Source of the DNA: Thermodesulfobacteriota bacterium
GTDB lineage: Bacteria > Desulfobacterota > Desulfobacteria > Desulfobacterales > C00003060
NCBI GenBank assembly: GCA_034189385.1
Contig: JAXHVD010000004.1
Coordinates: 96,001-160,000, forward strand
DNA length: 64,000 nt
Direction of reading: 5' to 3'
The position numbers were made by a program, and so were the translations under genes. Within the stretch, counting starts at the first letter, position 1, and every line of letters begins with the position of its first letter. The notes beneath the pieces were generated by a model, which was not told the DNA's origin, did not search any database, and was given only the letters and a program-made list of their open reading frames with translations. This document shows positions 59,258-64,000 of this stretch, piece after piece.

Positions 59258-61291
59258 ATGAGTAAAAAAGAGGTTGTTGAAACATCTGAAGCTCAAATCG
59301 CAGTACACTGGAAAGAAGAGGATTACTACTATCCTTCCTCTAGATTCATTGGCCAAGCCAATCTGACGGATCCTTCGATTTACGAAAGATTCAGTCTTGA
59401 ACATTTTCCAGACTACTACACCGAATTTGCTGAAATGCTGACATGGTACAAATACTGGGATGAAGTCTTAGATACTAGTGATGCCCCCTGCTGGAATTGG
59501 TTTAAAGGGGGAAAACTCAATGCAAGTTACAACTGTATTGACCGCCACCTTGAGAAGAATAAAAACAAGACGGCCATTCATTTTGTGCCTGAACTTGAAG
59601 AGGAAAGAGTTAATCATATCACCTATCAAGAACTCTATGTCAGGGTAAATGAATTTGCCGCCCTTCTTCGTGATTTTGCCGGATTGAAAAAGGGAGACAG
59701 GGTGACGGTGCATATGCCCATGTCAGCCGAGCTTCCCATTACCATGCTGGCTTGCGCACGGTTGGGAGTCATTCATTCCGTCGTATTTGGAGGTTTTTCT
59801 GCCAATGCCTGTGCTGACAGGGTTGTTGATTCCAACAGCAGGGTTCTTGTCACCATGGATGCCTACTATCGAAGTGGGAAACTGCTGAACCACAAGGATA
59901 AAGCTGATGAAGCCGTGGCCATATCAAAAGAGCAAGGCCAGGTTGTTGATAAAGTCCTTGTGTGGCAGCGCTATCCAGGAAGGTCTTCAACTGAAACGCC
60001 CATGGTCGAAGGCAGAGACTATTTTGTTAATGATGTGGTTAAAGATTATTATGGTCACCGTGTTGAACCGGAAAAGATGCTATCAGAAGAGCCGCTCTTT
60101 CTCATGTACACCAGCGGAACGACTGGAAAACCCAAAGGTTGTCAGCACAGCACAGGGGGGTATCTCGCCTATGTCACAGCCATGTCCAAATACATTCAGG
60201 ATATCCACCCTGAGGATGTCTACTGGTGCATGGCTGACATCGGATGGATTACCGGACACTCCTTTATTGTATATGGTCCCCTGTCTCTTTGTGCTTCTAG
60301 TGTTATATATGAAGGGGTACCAACCTATCCTGATGCAGGACGATCATGGAGAATCGCTCAGGAACTGGACGTCAACATATTCCATACAGCCCCTACAGCT
60401 ATCCGTGCCCTAAGAAAGATCGGGCCTGATGAGCCTGCAAAATACAATTATCATTTCAAACATATGACAACAGTGGGTGAACCCATCGAGCCGGAAGTTT
60501 GGAAATGGTATGAATCTGCTGTAGGCAAGGGCGAAGCCATTATTGTTGACACATGGTGGCAGACGGAGACCGGGGGGTTCCTCTGCAGCACCGTACCGGC
60601 CTTAAAACCGATGAAACCTGGAAGCGCAGGACCTGGGGTTCCAGGCATCCATCCCATTATTTATGACGACGAGGGCAATGAGGTAACCCAGCCTGGCATT
60701 GCAGGAAACATCTGTATTCAAAACCCATGGCCCGGTGGATTCCAGACCATATGGGGCGACAGGGATAGATTCGTTGACACCTATTATGCCAGGTACTGCA
60801 AGAATCCAGAGAGCAAAGATTGGAGAGACTGGCCTTATCTTGCCGGAGATGCTGCCACCAGGTCAGAAGATGGTTATTTCAGGATCCTGGGCAGGATCGA
60901 TGATGTTATCAATGTTTCAGGCCACCGTCTGGGAACCAAAGAAATTGAGTCTGCTGCCCTTGTGGTGCCGCAGGTGGCAGAATCAGCCGTTGTACCCGTT
61001 GCCCATGATATTAAGGGCAGGGAGCCTGATCTTTATATTGCTCTGAAACCCGGGGCTGAGGCTTCGGAAGAACTGGCAAAGGAAATATCCGAGGCTGTAT
61101 GTGATCAAATCGGAAAAATCGCAAAACCAAGAAAAGTGTGGCTTGTTCCGGATATGCCCAAAACCCGCTCTGGAAAGATCATGAGAAGGGTTCTTGGAGC
61201 CATCTCGAACAAGGGTGATGTCGGGGATGTCATGACCCTGGCTAATCCTGAGGTTGTGGAGACAATTAAGGAGATGGTTCAAAAGGATTAG
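59258..61291 (+). CDS. acs: Acetyl-CoA synthetase (AMP-forming), paralogue 2
   Basis: YTSGTTGKPKG, DTWWQTETG, PKTRSGKIMRR. Confidence 0.93.
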   Translation: MSKKEVVETSEAQIAVHWKEEDYYYPSSRFIGQANLTDPSIYERFSLEHFPDYYTEFAEMLTWYKYWDEVLDTSDAPCWNWFKGGKLNASYNCIDRHLEKNKNKTAIHFVPELEEERVNHITYQELYVRVNEFAALLRDFAGLKKGDRVTVHMPMSAELPITMLACARLGVIHSVVFGGFSANACADRVVDSNSRVLVTMDAYYRSGKLLNHKDKADEAVAISKEQGQVVDKVLVWQRYPGRSSTETPMVEGRDYFVNDVVKDYYGHRVEPEKMLSEEPLFLMYTSGTTGKPKGCQHSTGGYLAYVTAMSKYIQDIHPEDVYWCMADIGWITGHSFIVYGPLSLCASSVIYEGVPTYPDAGRSWRIAQELDVNIFHTAPTAIRALRKIGPDEPAKYNYHFKHMTTVGEPIEPEVWKWYESAVGKGEAIIVDTWWQTETGGFLCSTVPALKPMKPGSAGPGVPGIHPIIYDDEGNEVTQPGIAGNICIQNPWPGGFQTIWGDRDRFVDTYYARYCKNPESKDWRDWPYLAGDAATRSEDGYFRILGRIDDVINVSGHRLGTKEIESAALVVPQVAESAVVPVAHDIKGREPDLYIALKPGAEASEELAKEISEAVCDQIGKIAKPRKVWLVPDMPKTRSGKIMRRVLGAISNKGDVGDVMTLANPEVVETIKEMVQKD

Positions 61292-61477
61292 CGGGTAGTA
61301 TAGAGTGGACCGGTGAGTGCTGAGAGATTCCATTCATAATGCCCGTTTATGGACACTTAAGTCCTTCACATGTGCTCACAAATTTTTGGGGCCAGGTTAA
61401 CGCCTGGCCCTTAGCCCGTGCCAGAGCAGCGGGACGGTCTGTTGGATAAGTACTTTAAAAAAGGGGGAATGTTTCTA

Positions 61478-61963
61478 ATGGAACTTATGGGGAGAATTGA
61501 AAAATTCGGGATTATTTTAGTCGGTCTTCTATTTCTAACAGGTATCATGAACTGCGGTGGAGCCAGAAAACAAGCCCAAGCGCCGGAAGCCTTAATCAAA
61601 GACTATATTGCCAAGCACCAAACCATGGTGGATTTGTCCCTTGCGAACTTATATATAGACAAGGAACAAGACAGTATCACGGAAAAAATCAACCTTGAAA
61701 TTGAAAAGAGAAAACACGAGGGTACGCTGCAGAAGATGCAACACGCCTCTTTTGATTTTTCCAATTTAAAAATAGACCTCGTGGGCCAAAAAAAGGAATA
61801 TGTTGATGACGAACCAGAAGATTTTCTAAAAATTGCTACAAGCGGCAGTATCATCATGAAGACTGAAGAAGACTCAAAGCACATTCCAATTGATGACGTT
61901 ATTATCCTTGAGAAGGAAGGCAAATCCTGGAAAGTCACAGAAACGATCCATCCTTGGGGTTAA
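61478..61963 (+). CDS. Putative lipoprotein
   Basis: Hydrophobic stretch ending IMNC; start uncertain. Confidence 0.6.
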   Translation: MELMGRIEKFGIILVGLLFLTGIMNCGGARKQAQAPEALIKDYIAKHQTMVDLSLANLYIDKEQDSITEKINLEIEKRKHEGTLQKMQHASFDFSNLKIDLVGQKKEYVDDEPEDFLKIATSGSIIMKTEEDSKHIPIDDVIILEKEGKSWKVTETIHPWG

Positions 61964-62352
61964 GTAAGAACCCAAGCCTAGTCTTTTCTGATTTCAAAAT
62001 AGCCGGAAGCGTTTGCAGCCGGCTATTTTTTTCGAAACACCTTTATTTCTCGTCGAGTGTCCGCCGAATTTACCAAAGAAACCCTATCCCCGCTCCGGCT
62101 CCGGACCAGGCAATGGCATCTAGTTGCAGGGAGGGGCATCTGGCAAGTCCAGCGTTGACATCTAACGGCATCCCGATGTATTCTACGAAATATAGCAGGA
62201 TGCCTCGACCTTTGGTCGAAAAATTTCACTTTATTGATTTAAGAACATGTTTTCCCTTGAGACATCTGCAACTTCAGCTGGAGAGGCCTATGGGGCTGAC
62301 AACGGCTCCATGCATCCCCCTGACAAATGTAACTTGTGACACTGTTCGTTGA

Positions 62353-62452
62353 TTGAACCCTCCCCGCGGCCTGCGAAGCACTGCCGTCAGGCAGAACCTG
62401 CGGGGGCTGCGGTAGCTCTCCTGTGGAGAATGCGCTCGCTTATTCGGTTCAA
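62353..62452. repeat. ~100-bp dispersed repeat, copy 2
   Basis: Near-identical to 50407-50507. Confidence 0.9.
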
Positions 62453-62478
62453 CAAATCGCCAGAAGAGTAATGGAGCG

Positions 62479-64000
62479 ATGGCTACGATGTCTTTAAACG
62501 ACTGGCAGTCAATGGTTGTTACACCGCAAACAGTGATCAAAAAGATCAGGCCGGGTATGAGTATTTTCCTGGGCACGGCCGTGGCCGAACCGCGCACCAT
62601 GGTTGGACACCTTATGACCTCCGATGCCAGAAACATGGAAGATCTCGAATTGATTCAAGTCGTCAGTGTGGGAGACGCCGTTTCACTGCAGACACTTCAA
62701 ACCCGGAATTTCCGCCTGAAAACGTTCTTTCCCGGCTGGGTGGCCGATGAAGCCATCGAAGAAGGCCGTGTGGATTTGATACCCAGTCGATTTGTCAAGA
62801 TTCCCCAGCGGATTGAATGCCTCCTGAGACCGATTGACGTGGCCATTGTTCAAATTACGCCTCCAAACGAAGCCGGATTCTGCAGCCTCGGTATTGCCGT
62901 TGATGTGGCCCGGGAAGCCTTGGAACAGGCCACTATTCGTGTTGGCGAAATCAACACACTGATCCCGCGCACCTTTGGCGACACCTTCGTTCAAGCAACG
63001 GAATTTGACTTTCTGGTTGAAGCCACCGACCCCCCCATTTATTTCGACCGCTGGGAGCTAGACAGTACCTGGGATCAGGTGGCAAGGCATGTGGCCTCAC
63101 AAATTGAAGACGAAAGCTGTCTGGCCTTTTCTATCGGCCCCCTGTACGAGGCCTTAGCGAAAAGACTGGCAGGCAAGCGTGACTTGGGAATACACTCACC
63201 GATCTTCACAGATCCCTTAATGGATCTCATGATAGGAGGAACGGCCACCAATCGGCGCAAAGAAAACTTTCGCGGCAAGGCGTTGACATCCTATGCCATT
63301 GGCACCAAGGAATTGATGGCCTGGCTGGATAACAATCCACTCGTTGAGTTTCAGCGCATCAGCAGGGCATTCAATCCGGTGATTATTGGTAGTAATCCGC
63401 GCTTTGTCAACGTGGTGGCAGCCCGAAAAGTGGATTTGTATGGTCGAATGGGGCTTTACAGTGGAAAGGGCAATGTGGCGGCCGGACCGGCGGAAGTGAT
63501 GGATTTTCTAAACGGCGCAGAATTGTCCGATGGCGGGCACTCTATTTTCGCGCTGACCAGCCGGGACCCCACCGGTGATCCGAACATTTTACTTTCCATC
63601 GCCGATCTACCCAATCAGTTCAATGCTATTGAATCCGTTGGGGCGGTGGTGACGGAACACGGCATCGCCTTTCTTGAAGGACGCACTCTTAGGGAAAGGG
63701 CTCAGGCCCTAATTGACATTGCGCACCCGGAAGACCGGGCCGCCCTAGTGGAAGCCGCCAAAGAGAAAAAGATCCTATACGGCGATCAGATCTTTCTGGC
63801 CGATAGCGCACAGCTGTATCCGTCGGACATCAGGGCAACCCAAACCATTAAAGACGATCTTATTGTAAGATATCGACCAATTCGGCCATCTGATGAAGAA
63901 GGCATGCGTCATCTCTTTTACAGGTTTTCGGATGAGGCCGTTTACGCTAGATATTTTCACTCCGTAAGCAGCATGCCCCATGAAAAAATGCAGGAATATG
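62479..64000 (+). CDS. Acetyl-CoA hydrolase/transferase fused to a GNAT domain, runs off the window
   Basis: Manual translation IRPGMSIFLGTAVAEP...VVTEHGIAFLEGRTLRERAQALIDIAHPEDR...YRPIRPSDE..FYRFSDEAVYARYF. Confidence 0.88.
   Translation, partial: MATMSLNDWQSMVVTPQTVIKKIRPGMSIFLGTAVAEPRTMVGHLMTSDARNMEDLELIQVVSVGDAVSLQTLQTRNFRLKTFFPGWVADEAIEEGRVDLIPSRFVKIPQRIECLLRPIDVAIVQITPPNEAGFCSLGIAVDVAREALEQATIRVGEINTLIPRTFGDTFVQATEFDFLVEATDPPIYFDRWELDSTWDQVARHVASQIEDESCLAFSIGPLYEALAKRLAGKRDLGIHSPIFTDPLMDLMIGGTATNRRKENFRGKALTSYAIGTKELMAWLDNNPLVEFQRISRAFNPVIIGSNPRFVNVVAARKVDLYGRMGLYSGKGNVAAGPAEVMDFLNGAELSDGGHSIFALTSRDPTGDPNILLSIADLPNQFNAIESVGAVVTEHGIAFLEGRTLRERAQALIDIAHPEDRAALVEAAKEKKILYGDQIFLADSAQLYPSDIRATQTIKDDLIVRYRPIRPSDEEGMRHLFYRFSDEAVYARYFHSVSSMPHEKMQEY

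Overview
Bacterial chromosomal window, most consistent with a sulfate-reducing Desulfobacterota (bona fide dsrC, PEP-CTERM protein, sigma54 promoters). It has three parts. (1) Housekeeping genes: era, DEAD-box helicase, dusB, queF, rlmN, the ffh-rpsP-khpA-rimM-trmD-rplS-rnhB-yraN-rsmI operon, pyrR, dsrC, def, mpl, and two acs paralogues around a sodium:solute symporter. (2) A decayed accessory patch at ~9.6-20.5 kb: ORF6N genes, a UDG-like gene, toxin-antitoxin modules, transposase remnants, attC-like remnants and short repeats. (3) The main finding: a 15,176-bp integrated element (22129-37304, bounded by AAAG on both sides) that splits a response regulator-adenylate/guanylate cyclase gene. 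Removing the element restores an in-frame 336-aa gene with its catalytic motifs intact. The element's large serine recombinase reads across its own attachment site, so its C-terminus should change on excision. The element also carries a terminase large subunit, a TerS-like gene, a second serine resolvase, an IF-1 homologue, a Toprim protein and a PEP-CTERM protein, but no recognisable capsid, portal or tail genes. It is a candidate satellite-like element that could act as an excision-controlled switch for cyclic-nucleotide signalling. All family calls come from motif recognition by eye; no searches were run.
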